A stretch of DNA of 43,215 bases from a virus (taxonomy: Duplodnaviria; Caudoviricetes), in the IMG/VR virus record IMGVR_UViG_3300037310_000170, positions 1-43,215 of that record. One strand, written 5' to 3'. Below, in pieces: positions 1 through 8,584 of this stretch. Position 1 is the stretch's first letter. Every line of letters begins with the position of its first letter. Both the position numbers and the translations under genes were made by a program. The notes under the pieces are model-generated. The model ran no database searches and was not told where the DNA came from. It worked only from the letters and a program-made list of their open reading frames with translations.

Positions 1-26
1 CGGGCCGATCGGGGTGTGAGCTGTCG

Positions 27-1058
27 TCATGGATGGCCTCCAGGTACAGGGTAGGAGCGGACGCGGGCGCGGATCTCGAAGGTCACCTCGCCGCCAGGGA
101 CGACCCAGTCACACACGCGCGCCGAGACCTCGTGCGTGACCTCGCCGCCGGGCACGACCCAGTCACGGACGCGGATCGGCGACAGGACGAGGGCGCCCTC
201 GATCTCCTCGACGGTGACCTCGTCGCTGGGATCGACCTCATCCGAAAGCGCCATGCCCACGTCGCGGGCGAGCTCGTCGGACGGCGCTACTGAGTCGGAC
301 GGTGAGAGGCCGGGCTCCTTCGACGCGTCGTCGCTCGCCGAGCCCGTGTCGCTCGCGGCGATGCCGACGTCCCGGGCGAGCTCGTCGCCAGCGCTGGCGG
401 AGTCGCCGAGGCCGAGGCCGGGCTCGCGCGAGAGGTCGTCGCTCGCGGTCGTGCTGTCGGCGGTCGCGAGACCCGGCTCCTTGCTCTCGGCGTCGGTCAC
501 GGTCGCGGTGTCCGCGTAGGCCGTGGCGACGTCCTTGGCCGTCTCGTCGCTGGCGCTCGCAGAGTCCGCCGCGGCGAGGCCGACGTCCCGGACCGCATCG
601 TCAGACGTCCCGGTGCTGTCGCTCGCCGTGATGCCAGGCTCCTTCGACGGCTCGTCGCTCGGAGCGGCTGAGTCGGAGAGTGAGAGACCAGGCTCCTTGC
701 TCGGGTCGTCGCTCGGAGTCGCGGAGTCGGCGAGCCCCTGCCCGATGTCCTTCACGGCTTCGTCGCTGGCGCTCGCAGAGTCGCTCGCCCCGACACCCGG
801 CTCCTTCGACGCCTCGTCGGAGACAGCCGCGCTGTCGGCGGCTGCGATGCCAACATCGCGCACGGCATCGTCGGACGGCGCTACTGAGTCAGACTGTGAC
901 AGCCCCGGCTCTAGGCTCTTGTCATCGCTGGCGCTGGGCGCGTCCTCGAGCGCCTTGACGACGTCTTTGATGGCGTCGTCGGCTGGCGTCACCGAGTCGG
1001 ACAGTGAGAGCGTGTGCGCTGTCGAGCCTGTCGATATGAGTCGCAGGAGCAGCGACAC
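27..1058 (-). CDS. Acidic tandem-repeat virion/fibre-like protein (19-aa repeats)
   Basis: About 14 copies of SDS..xSD...(KEPG|RDVG) plus a C-terminal duplicated 18-aa RVxDWVVPGGEVTxE unit; last complete gene of the late operon. Confidence 0.7.
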   Translation of the reverse strand: MSLLLRLISTGSTAHTLSLSDSVTPADDAIKDVVKALEDAPSASDDKSLEPGLSQSDSVAPSDDAVRDVGIAAADSAAVSDEASKEPGVGASDSASASDEAVKDIGQGLADSATPSDDPSKEPGLSLSDSAAPSDEPSKEPGITASDSTGTSDDAVRDVGLAAADSASASDETAKDVATAYADTATVTDAESKEPGLATADSTTASDDLSREPGLGLGDSASAGDELARDVGIAASDTGSASDDASKEPGLSPSDSVAPSDELARDVGMALSDEVDPSDEVTVEEIEGALVLSPIRVRDWVVPGGEVTHEVSARVCDWVVPGGEVTFEIRARVRSYPVPGGHP

Positions 1059-1066
1059 AAGTCACC

Positions 1067-2581
1067 TCACTCGAAGTTGCCCTCAACCGTGCAGAGGCCA
1101 CGGAAAATCTCCGTCGCGGTCGCTGTGCCAATTGGCATTTTCAGGATGATGATGAAGAGGCGGCCGCTTTCGGTGACCTTGTTGCCTTTCCACTCGACCG
1201 GTCCGGGGCTCGCCATCGCGCCCACTGCCGCACCGACCGGGAAGGTATGCGCCCCGATCGTCTCGCGGAACTGCGTGCCCGTCGAGAGATTGATCGTGGC
1301 TCCGTTGTGACTCACGGCCCAAGACATCAGCGTGGCCGTCGTCGCGACGGCGACGACGGTATTCCAGACGTCGATCTTGATGCCCCGGCAGCGGAAGCGG
1401 TAGCCCGTCGGCACGGTGAATCCGAACAACGCGTAGTCCGTCTCGGCGCCCGCGACCGCCGCGAACTGGAACTGCCCGCCGAGCGTCGTGTATCCGGCCG
1501 CCGAATTTGACAAAGTCGCCGATGCCGGAGCTGCGCTGTTCGCGTAGTTTGCCGCCTGGAGCTGCGTCGTCGGGACGACGTTCGAACCCAACTGCATCCC
1601 GGCCGCGACGTCGTCCCACGACATGCCGAGGTTGGCGTCGTACTGCTCGACCGCGACCGATGTCACGAGCAGTTGGCTCGCGGTAACGGCCGCGCCCGAG
1701 TTGAAAACTCGATGGAACGCAGCGTGATGCGACCCCTGGAGGAGACCGAGCAAGGTCCGGCCGACAGTAAAAACGCGGTCGAAGATCACGTCGCCGGTCT
1801 CTGGGTCGATGATCTGAGCGATACAATAGTCGTCGCCGTATGTGATCTCCCACTGGTAGTAGGAGTCGACACGCACCGACTTACCGCTGGTGAAGCCCTC
1901 CACTGAACCGTCAGATGTGATGACGCCGGACGAGAAGGTGCCCAACGTTGCCAACGTCGTCTCGGCCGTAGAGAGCGCGTAGACGATCGTAAGGCCACCA
2001 GACGCCGTGCACCGGAAGAAGACGCCATCAGTGACCGCGAGCGCAGTCTGTGACGCGGGCGCTCCGAAGCCCATGTCGATAACGCTGTTCGTCCCCGCGC
2101 CGACGGTCGTGCCCCACTTTGCCATCGCGCGCATGCGCCAGCGTGTCAGCTTCCCTGGCCGGCGCGCGAACCGCTGATTCGACACCTCCATGACGCCCGT
2201 CGTCGTAGTGACCGTCGACGCGCTGTTGAGCGTCTTCACTCCGGCCGAGACCGTGGCCGCCATGGTCGTCACCGACTGCGTCCAGATCGCGCCCGTCGTC
2301 GTGGTCATGTTGACCTCGAGCTGATCGTGCAACCGGATCACCGGGTCCATCACGCGCTGATTGCCGATCGAGTCGGTGCGCAAGAACCGCGCGCGTCGGC
2401 CAGGGAGGAACTGCCCCATCGCCGGAACGCCCGAGCGACTGCCGAGGGCCGCGTTACGCGTCGCCGCGACCGGCAGACCGGACGAGTCGTAGAGCAACGT
2501 CCACAGAGCATCCGCCGTCGCGTCAACGCGCGCGAGAGAGCCGTCCCCATTCCCAGATGCGATCTGTAATCCACCGCCCAT
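1067..2581 (-). CDS. Putative virion structural / receptor-binding protein (Thr/Ala/Gly-rich, beta-rich)
   Basis: 504-aa ORF in the late operon with a GAGGGGG RBS; lectin-like beta-rich composition. Confidence 0.6.
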   Translation of the reverse strand: MGGGLQIASGNGDGSLARVDATADALWTLLYDSSGLPVAATRNAALGSRSGVPAMGQFLPGRRARFLRTDSIGNQRVMDPVIRLHDQLEVNMTTTTGAIWTQSVTTMAATVSAGVKTLNSASTVTTTTGVMEVSNQRFARRPGKLTRWRMRAMAKWGTTVGAGTNSVIDMGFGAPASQTALAVTDGVFFRCTASGGLTIVYALSTAETTLATLGTFSSGVITSDGSVEGFTSGKSVRVDSYYQWEITYGDDYCIAQIIDPETGDVIFDRVFTVGRTLLGLLQGSHHAAFHRVFNSGAAVTASQLLVTSVAVEQYDANLGMSWDDVAAGMQLGSNVVPTTQLQAANYANSAAPASATLSNSAAGYTTLGGQFQFAAVAGAETDYALFGFTVPTGYRFRCRGIKIDVWNTVVAVATTATLMSWAVSHNGATINLSTGTQFRETIGAHTFPVGAAVGAMASPGPVEWKGNKVTESGRLFIIILKMPIGTATATEIFRGLCTVEGNFE

Positions 2582-2590
2582 AAGTCCCCC

Positions 2591-3580
2591 TCAGCTCACG
2601 TCTGACTCGAGCTGCGCCGTTGCGCTGCCGCTCGCCGTGAGGTTGCAGTTTGCGGCCGTGCCGCGATCCGTGATCGTCGTCGTGTCGCCGTCGCCTGGCC
2701 ACCAATGCTCTACGCTCTCGGCGCTCAGGTCGTAGCGCGGCCCTTCGCCGTAGATGCGGAGCACCTTCGCGTCGCCCCACGCGCTGTCGTCGATAAACGG
2801 CGAGTAGATGCGGCCCTTGTACCGGCGGAGGTGTACCTCGTCGCCGGCATTGTACGATCCTGATGGTGTGGCGCGCTGCACCTCGATGCCGTTGACGTAC
2901 ATGACGCAATCGCCGCCGGCCGCGTTTGTCACCACGACATGGAGCCAGGTGCGGTGCGCCGGCGGATCCGCATCCAGGGCATACCCGACACCCGTGAACG
3001 ACTGCTGAGCCGCGCCGCTGTCCGTCAGTACGACGGCGAATTCGGCACCGTCGAACCATACACCGACACGCGTGTCGCCCGCCCCATGGCCGATCTCCAT
3101 GACGTATGGAGACCCATCGTCATCGTTCACAAACCCCGTCTCGCTGTCGGGACCCATCACGAGCCAACATCCGAAGGTCCAACTCGGCATTGCGCCGCCG
3201 TCGAAGATTTTGCCGGCTGCGTTCGCGTTCGCGCTCTGGAATCGCGATGTGACAAAGTCTGGCAAATACAGGTACGTGAAGCCTTTGAATGTGCCGGATT
3301 CGTCGTACGCGACCCACCCGACCCGATACCGGCCCGTCAGCGGGATCGAGCTCCACGCCGTGATCTCGATGGAGCCGCCCCCGTCGAGGATGCGCGCGCG
3401 GACCTCGATGGGTGCGAGCATCGCCTCGTCCTGCGTGTGCTCCGGTGTCGACTCGGCAAGGACCCACGCCTCGGCCAGTCCGCCCAACGTAAGACCGACC
3501 GCCGCGACGGTGGTAGGTGCGGTTGCGTGATGGCTCGGCGTCGTGCCGAAGTCGATCATGGTTTTGCCGGAGGCGTTCAT
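2591..3580 (-). CDS. Virion protein with LamG/concanavalin A-like C-terminal domain
   Basis: WTFGCW...WLHVVVT...MYVNG...YKGRI pattern typical of LamG-like jelly-roll domains. Confidence 0.65.
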   Translation of the reverse strand: MNASGKTMIDFGTTPSHHATAPTTVAAVGLTLGGLAEAWVLAESTPEHTQDEAMLAPIEVRARILDGGGSIEITAWSSIPLTGRYRVGWVAYDESGTFKGFTYLYLPDFVTSRFQSANANAAGKIFDGGAMPSWTFGCWLVMGPDSETGFVNDDDGSPYVMEIGHGAGDTRVGVWFDGAEFAVVLTDSGAAQQSFTGVGYALDADPPAHRTWLHVVVTNAAGGDCVMYVNGIEVQRATPSGSYNAGDEVHLRRYKGRIYSPFIDDSAWGDAKVLRIYGEGPRYDLSAESVEHWWPGDGDTTTITDRGTAANCNLTASGSATAQLESDVS

Positions 3581-3584
3581 CGCG

Positions 3585-4019
3585 TCACGAGATCGTCAGC
3601 GTCCACGTGATCTGCAACGTGTCGCCAGCGGCCTTGTTGACGACCGCGAACGAGGCCGAGCACCACATGTTGCCCGCCGCGGCCGCGTCGAAGATACCTG
3701 CCTCGGTGATGGCCCCGGTCCCGTCGCCCGCCGCCCAGTTGCCGACCATCGTCACGACGGCGTTGCTTCGGGTCTTGCTCGTCAGCGCATTGCGGTCGAG
3801 CTCGGTCCCGAGCGCGTTCGCTGCCGGGCTCCCAGTGCCGATCGCCATGTGCGTCGGCTTGTTCAGCGACGGCGCTGCGAGGATCTGGTCCGCGATGCCG
3901 TATTTGCCGTTGGTCGTGACCGTGTTGGCGCGCTCGGTCTGCACGACGTTCCCGTCGCTGTCGATGCGCTCGATCAACACATGCCCCGTGATTTTGGCAC
4001 TCTCGTCAAAATGCCCCAC
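3585..4019 (-). CDS. Phage structural protein (tail-fibre/baseplate-attachment-like)
   Basis: NTVTTNG...HMAIGTG...LGTEL.R...ITEAGIF...G motif common in phage fibre-attachment proteins. Confidence 0.7.
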   Translation of the reverse strand: MGHFDESAKITGHVLIERIDSDGNVVQTERANTVTTNGKYGIADQILAAPSLNKPTHMAIGTGSPAANALGTELDRNALTSKTRSNAVVTMVGNWAAGDGTGAITEAGIFDAAAAGNMWCSASFAVVNKAAGDTLQITWTLTIS

Positions 4020-4022
4020 AGC

Positions 4023-4616
4023 TCACCTCCACGCGGCGCAAGCGCCGACGCCAACCACCACCCCGACCGCCCCCGAGACCCACGGCCATCCCGACCACGC
4101 GCAGTCACACCGGCGCGGCGGGACCCGAGACGCCTCGCACGCCCGGCGCGCATCCTCGACGGCCGACAGCCGTGCGTCACACGCGGTCACGTCGGCGGCC
4201 CGGCGCTCGCGCTCGACCGCCAGCAGCTCGCGCGCCTCGTCTCGCTCGTCCTGCGCCACGAGCAGCGCGCGCAGCGTCTCGGCGGGCACGAGCACGCCCG
4301 CGAAGGGGGCCGGGTCCCCGGTGCGGAGAGCGGTCACCACGGGACCCGGCTCAGCGCCGCGCACGACCCCAGAGATGAGGACGAGCAGCATCACACCGAG
4401 AGCTCGGTTGATTCTCCGGGCGAGATCGTTGATGCCTCGGTGGACGTAGTGTGTGGGTCTACCGACTCTGACGGCCTCCCAGCCGTCTCCGGCTGGAGGT
4501 GTGGCAGGCTCGCTCGTGTAGGTCAAGAAAGCGGCCCGGAGGTCACACGCGGTCTGGTGAGCATCGCGCTCGACGTTCTTAAGATCATCTTCGGGGTCGC
4601 GCGGCCTGAACGTCAC
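4023..4616 (-). CDS. Membrane protein, spanin-like candidate
   Basis: Internal hydrophobic segment, coiled coil and C-terminal TM; overlaps the upstream gene; in the lysis cassette. Confidence 0.5.
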   Translation of the reverse strand: MTFRPRDPEDDLKNVERDAHQTACDLRAAFLTYTSEPATPPAGDGWEAVRVGRPTHYVHRGINDLARRINRALGVMLLVLISGVVRGAEPGPVVTALRTGDPAPFAGVLVPAETLRALLVAQDERDEARELLAVERERRAADVTACDARLSAVEDARRACEASRVPPRRCDCAWSGWPWVSGAVGVVVGVGACAAWR

Positions 4617-4951
4617 GGCAGCCTCCCGGCCTTGCGGCGCTCCTCGACGAGACGCGCCAGGGCTTCGTCGCCCCGCGCGTCCCGCACCTCCACCCGCGCC
4701 TCAGTAGTGCGCTCGGTCACGCTTCGGGCCTTCGCGTCCAGCTCGCGATGCACCGCCTCGACCTCGTCTCGTGCGCGCGTCTCGGCGTCGCGCAGACGCT
4801 CCGTGCGTCCTGCGCTCGCTGCTGCAGCGTCCCGCTGGTCCCGTGCCTCGTCACGCTGTCGCGCCGCCCGACGCCAGAGCATGGCGACCGCGAGCAGGGC
4901 AGAGCCCAGCGCGGCGACGATCCAGGACCATGCGCGGCGGAGGAAGGTCAT
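4613..4951 (-). CDS. Rz/i-spanin-like protein
   Basis: N-terminal TM (WSWIVAALGSALLAVAMLW) followed by a long charged coiled coil; follows holin-like genes. Confidence 0.6.
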   Translation of the reverse strand: MTFLRRAWSWIVAALGSALLAVAMLWRRAARQRDEARDQRDAAAASAGRTERLRDAETRARDEVEAVHRELDAKARSVTERTTEARVEVRDARGDEALARLVEERRKAGRLP

Positions 4952-5250
4952 ACGTCCTCGTCATGACCCGGACGACGCGGCACATGCCGCACCGGACCGC
5001 GTATCCGCGCCGTCACCGCCTCGACCGCCGCCGCGCCGACGACCGACGCACCGAGGCCGATCGCCAGTCCGAGCGTCCAGAGCCCGCCGGTTTCGAGCGC
5101 GATGCCTACCCCGAGCCCGGCGCCTGCGACGAGTCCGGCCGCGTACGCCCACCGGGCTCGACCGCTACGCGAGACGACGCCACGCACTGCGACGACTGCG
5201 AGGCCGATCACGACGAGGACGAGGACGACTTCTTCGATGCCCATGGTCAA
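4948..5250 (-). CDS. Putative holin (about 3 TM)
   Basis: 100 aa, three hydrophobic segments, charged C-tail, MTM dual-start-like N-terminus. Confidence 0.55.
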   Translation of the reverse strand: MTMGIEEVVLVLVVIGLAVVAVRGVVSRSGRARWAYAAGLVAGAGLGVGIALETGGLWTLGLAIGLGASVVGAAAVEAVTARIRGPVRHVPRRPGHDEDV

Positions 5251-5507
5251 GGCTCCTGACTGTCAGGGATCTTGAAGAACCGGCGAACGAGCCCGAGCTC
5301 GGCCTTCACGTCGCTGAGCGTCGTCGAGATCCCGTCCAGCCGGCCGTTGATGTGGTTGACGTCGCCGACGAGGTCCTCGAGTCGCTCGATGCGTCGAACG
5401 AGCGCTCCGTGCGCGGTTGCGAGCGCCGCGACTCCGCCGCCGATCGTGCATGCCGCGGCGCCGATGCCGAGCCAGAGCTTGATGCGCGCGATCGTGACCG
5501 GCTTCAT
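5247..5507 (-). CDS. Small TM + coiled-coil protein (holin/antiholin-like)
   Basis: Single TM then heptad coiled coil; ATGA-coupled to the endolysin candidate. Confidence 0.55.
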   Translation of the reverse strand: MKPVTIARIKLWLGIGAAACTIGGGVAALATAHGALVRRIERLEDLVGDVNHINGRLDGISTTLSDVKAELGLVRRFFKIPDSQEP

Positions 5508-6331
5508 GCCACCTCGCAGGCTGCAGCGATCTCGGGGATGCGTTCGACGAGCGGCCTGACGAGATCGTTACCGTCCAGCAGCATGCGCCGCCAGCTCGCG
5601 GGCAGACCGAGATAGTGCGTGATCTCGTCGATGCCGGACGACCGCGCCTTCGCCACGCCGAGGATGGCCTCGGGGCGTCCGATGACCCGACCTTCGCGGA
5701 GCGCGCCGATCGACACGTAGGCGCCCATCGGGTGTTCGGGCCACGCCCGGCGAGCTCGCTTGAGCGTCGCCTCGATCTGGACCTGCTGGTCCTGGTAGGC
5801 CATCGCGAGGACGCGACGGAAGCGCCGGGCGACGTCGGGGGGGATCACCGTGTCGACGTCGCCGTCACCGTCCCAGTCGACGCGGCCGTAGTGCCACGCG
5901 GGCGAGGCGAAGCCGAGGTAGTCGAGCTCGCACGGGAGGACCTCGAGCGCTCGGCGCGCGAAGGCGTCGAGGGCATCGACGCCCCGCGGGTTATGGTCCC
6001 ACCAGTCGCGCTCGGCGTTCGCGCCGTAGCTCTCTGGCGGAGTCCCGGCACGCGCCACGATGACGCCGATCCGCTGCGCTACTGAGTCGGCCTGTTTGGC
6101 GGCCTCGGCGGGATCGGCCGTGGCTCGCGTGCCGTCGTGCCGGCCCAGCCATGAGTGCAGGCGGTACGGCAGATCAGCCGCAACGCAGTCACGCGCGACG
6201 TCGCCGGCGCCGGGACGGATGCGGATGTCGAGGCCGGCGAGCCCAGGCGTCGACAGCACCCGCGCCCGCTGCTCCGTCGAGAGCGGTAGCCAGGAGTCCG
6301 AGGGCTCGACGATGGCGATCCACTGCCTCAC
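5504..6331 (-). CDS. Putative endolysin (TIM-barrel glycoside-hydrolase-like)
   Basis: Soluble 275-aa protein heading the holin/spanin cassette; alternating beta/alpha pattern with YRLHSW, YGANAE and AMAY segments reminiscent of GH25-like folds (inference). Confidence 0.45.
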   Translation of the reverse strand: MRQWIAIVEPSDSWLPLSTEQRARVLSTPGLAGLDIRIRPGAGDVARDCVAADLPYRLHSWLGRHDGTRATADPAEAAKQADSVAQRIGVIVARAGTPPESYGANAERDWWDHNPRGVDALDAFARRALEVLPCELDYLGFASPAWHYGRVDWDGDGDVDTVIPPDVARRFRRVLAMAYQDQQVQIEATLKRARRAWPEHPMGAYVSIGALREGRVIGRPEAILGVAKARSSGIDEITHYLGLPASWRRMLLDGNDLVRPLVERIPEIAAACEVA

Positions 6332-6376
6332 AACGCCACCGTACCCGCCTCTCCTCGCCCCCGGGAGGGGGGGCCG

Positions 6377-8581
6377 TCAATCAGCCACGGTCGGTGGCTG
6401 AATCGCCGCCAGAGTGATACCGACGCCCCATGTGACCTCGACCCGCTCTCGCGCTGGCGCAGTCGCATCATCGAGCGTCGGCGACTCGAGCAGCCGGTCC
6501 ATCGCCGCCGCCGGCGTCGCATCGTAGACCTCAGAGCCAGACACGATCGCCACCTCTCCGGTGTCCGGCGGATAGCCGTCGGAGCCGCGGTCGAACGGCG
6601 ACGGGATTAATATCTCGTCGCTCGCGCCCGACCCCGATGTGTCACCGTAGACCGACGCCGTCTGTGTCGTCTTGCCATCGCCGTTGTGTCGCGCCAGCTT
6701 GACGCGGAGCGCATTGCAGGCCGGCGGGACCATCCACGCACAGACCCACTCCGCCGAGCCGCGGCGGAGCTGCGTCGCAAGGCCGGTCATCGCGTAGCCA
6801 TGGATCGCCACGCGCCGGATCCGATTGAGCACGGCATACAGGTACTCGAGGCGCGGCGGCGGCGTCGCCTCCGTGATCAGGTCCTCCGTCGGGTCGAGGT
6901 TCGTGCGCCAGCGCAGGCCCGCGAACATGACGTGCAACGCCGAGGCAGGGTCGCCGTCGAGCGTGACCACGGGCTCGTCGGAGACAAGCGTCATGGCACC
7001 GGACGATACCCGATATTCATCGCCGTTCTTGTCGACGTCGATAGTCACAGACGGGCGCCCGCCGCGCTCGGTAAATCGCAGCTCGCCGTTGTCCGTGCCG
7101 TCATAAGCGTATGTGACATATTCGACGGCCTCGCCCCGCCAGCCCCGGAGCGAGCATGGCGCGATACCCAGCCGTCGAACGATCAGCGAGGCCGAGCTGG
7201 TGAAGCTGTACTCCGTCGCGTCGTTGCTATGGCCGAAGGTCCAGAGCGCTTGCCATCGGTCGCGCGCGATGCGCGCCATGTTGCGCCAGGCGCGGTTCAA
7301 AAACTCTGGATGCACGGCCGCGGCGCGCTGACGAAACTGCGCGATGCACATCGGCACGAAGCCCGACGTGTAGGTGTTGAGCGCGCCGAAGATGTCGAGC
7401 GGTGCGACATCATCGAGCGGCACCGGCGCGACCATGATCGAGCAGACCTTCAGGTCATTGTCGGTGAACTTAAACCGGAGAAACTCGTCGCCCGAGTCGA
7501 TCGTGATGTCGAACGGGGCCCACGAGTGATAACCGATAGAGGTCCCCACCTCGGTCTCGGTCGTGACGTTGGACCAGTCGCCACCCGTTGCCGGCTGCGG
7601 GTCCGCGGCGTTGTCTACGTCGACGTCGACGACGAGGTCCCCGCCCGATCCAGAGTAGGTCTCAATCCACACGCGATAGGTCAGATCGTCTGCTGACGGC
7701 TTGATCGGCACGACGTGGATCGGGTCGTTGAACGTGGTCGAGCTCTTGACGTACGGAGAGAAGTTGACGAGCGCGGGCGTGAAGCGGCAATAGGCCCAAT
7801 TGACATTGTTGGCGATAATCCAATACGGGTCGAGATACCCGTCTTGCACCGCTACCAGGTCTTCGGCACTGGCCTCCACGTACCGCCCGCACATCGGCCA
7901 TGCCGGCTCGGCCACCGCGGTCCACGTCGGCCACTCGGCATAGTGACGGAGGTTGCTCGTCGTCGTGCTCTTGGACCCCCCGAGACGCAGGTTATCGACC
8001 GGCGTACCGCTCGGCGTACCGATGTCGCGATAGTTGTCCGTGACGCCCGACGTGTCGCCTTTGTAGCCCGTCGACGCCGTGCCGGTGTTTGCCGGAGAGC
8101 CGCCGCTCGACCGCGTGCCGTAACGGTAATCGATGCGGTTGGTGGTCTCGTACAACACGAGCTGGAACTTAGCCCGCACGTAGTCGGTGCCGTCATACGA
8201 CGAGTGCAGATTGCAATACCACTCGACGACGAAGCGCCGCCATGGCGCCGTTCCCTGCACTTCGTGTTTGACATATCCGACCGTTACCGCGGTCTCGATA
8301 TCGTCCCACCATGGCGCGAGGATGACGCCCGTATCGCTGATATAGAGGCGCGTGTTATCGCTGCCGGCTTCGGTGCCCGCGAGCCTCGCAAAGCCTCGTG
8401 CGCACAGGTCGATCGTGGTGTAATCGACGTCGTCGAACGAGAAAGTGAAACCGATCGAAATGCCCGTCGCGATGCTCGTTGCGTTGGCACCGATCGCCGT
8501 CGTCGGAGAGTCGAGCGGGACCAGGTCCAGGTCGTCGGTGCGTCGGTAGAACACCATGCGATCGATGTCGGTCACACCCAC
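6377..8581 (-). CDS. Tail protein with N-terminal NIDO-like domain
   Basis: IGFTFSFD...ILAPWWDD...FVVEW...FQLVLYE...IDYRYG motif series; tail module position. Confidence 0.65.
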   Translation of the reverse strand: MGVTDIDRMVFYRRTDDLDLVPLDSPTTAIGANATSIATGISIGFTFSFDDVDYTTIDLCARGFARLAGTEAGSDNTRLYISDTGVILAPWWDDIETAVTVGYVKHEVQGTAPWRRFVVEWYCNLHSSYDGTDYVRAKFQLVLYETTNRIDYRYGTRSSGGSPANTGTASTGYKGDTSGVTDNYRDIGTPSGTPVDNLRLGGSKSTTTSNLRHYAEWPTWTAVAEPAWPMCGRYVEASAEDLVAVQDGYLDPYWIIANNVNWAYCRFTPALVNFSPYVKSSTTFNDPIHVVPIKPSADDLTYRVWIETYSGSGGDLVVDVDVDNAADPQPATGGDWSNVTTETEVGTSIGYHSWAPFDITIDSGDEFLRFKFTDNDLKVCSIMVAPVPLDDVAPLDIFGALNTYTSGFVPMCIAQFRQRAAAVHPEFLNRAWRNMARIARDRWQALWTFGHSNDATEYSFTSSASLIVRRLGIAPCSLRGWRGEAVEYVTYAYDGTDNGELRFTERGGRPSVTIDVDKNGDEYRVSSGAMTLVSDEPVVTLDGDPASALHVMFAGLRWRTNLDPTEDLITEATPPPRLEYLYAVLNRIRRVAIHGYAMTGLATQLRRGSAEWVCAWMVPPACNALRVKLARHNGDGKTTQTASVYGDTSGSGASDEILIPSPFDRGSDGYPPDTGEVAIVSGSEVYDATPAAAMDRLLESPTLDDATAPARERVEVTWGVGITLAAIQPPTVAD

Positions 8582-8584
8582 CGC

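Noticed and set aside
60-170. 54-nt duplication at the end of the fibre-like gene as a DGR VR/TR pair
   Set aside because: The copies are tandem and in frame, the differences are not adenine-specific, and no reverse transcriptase is present
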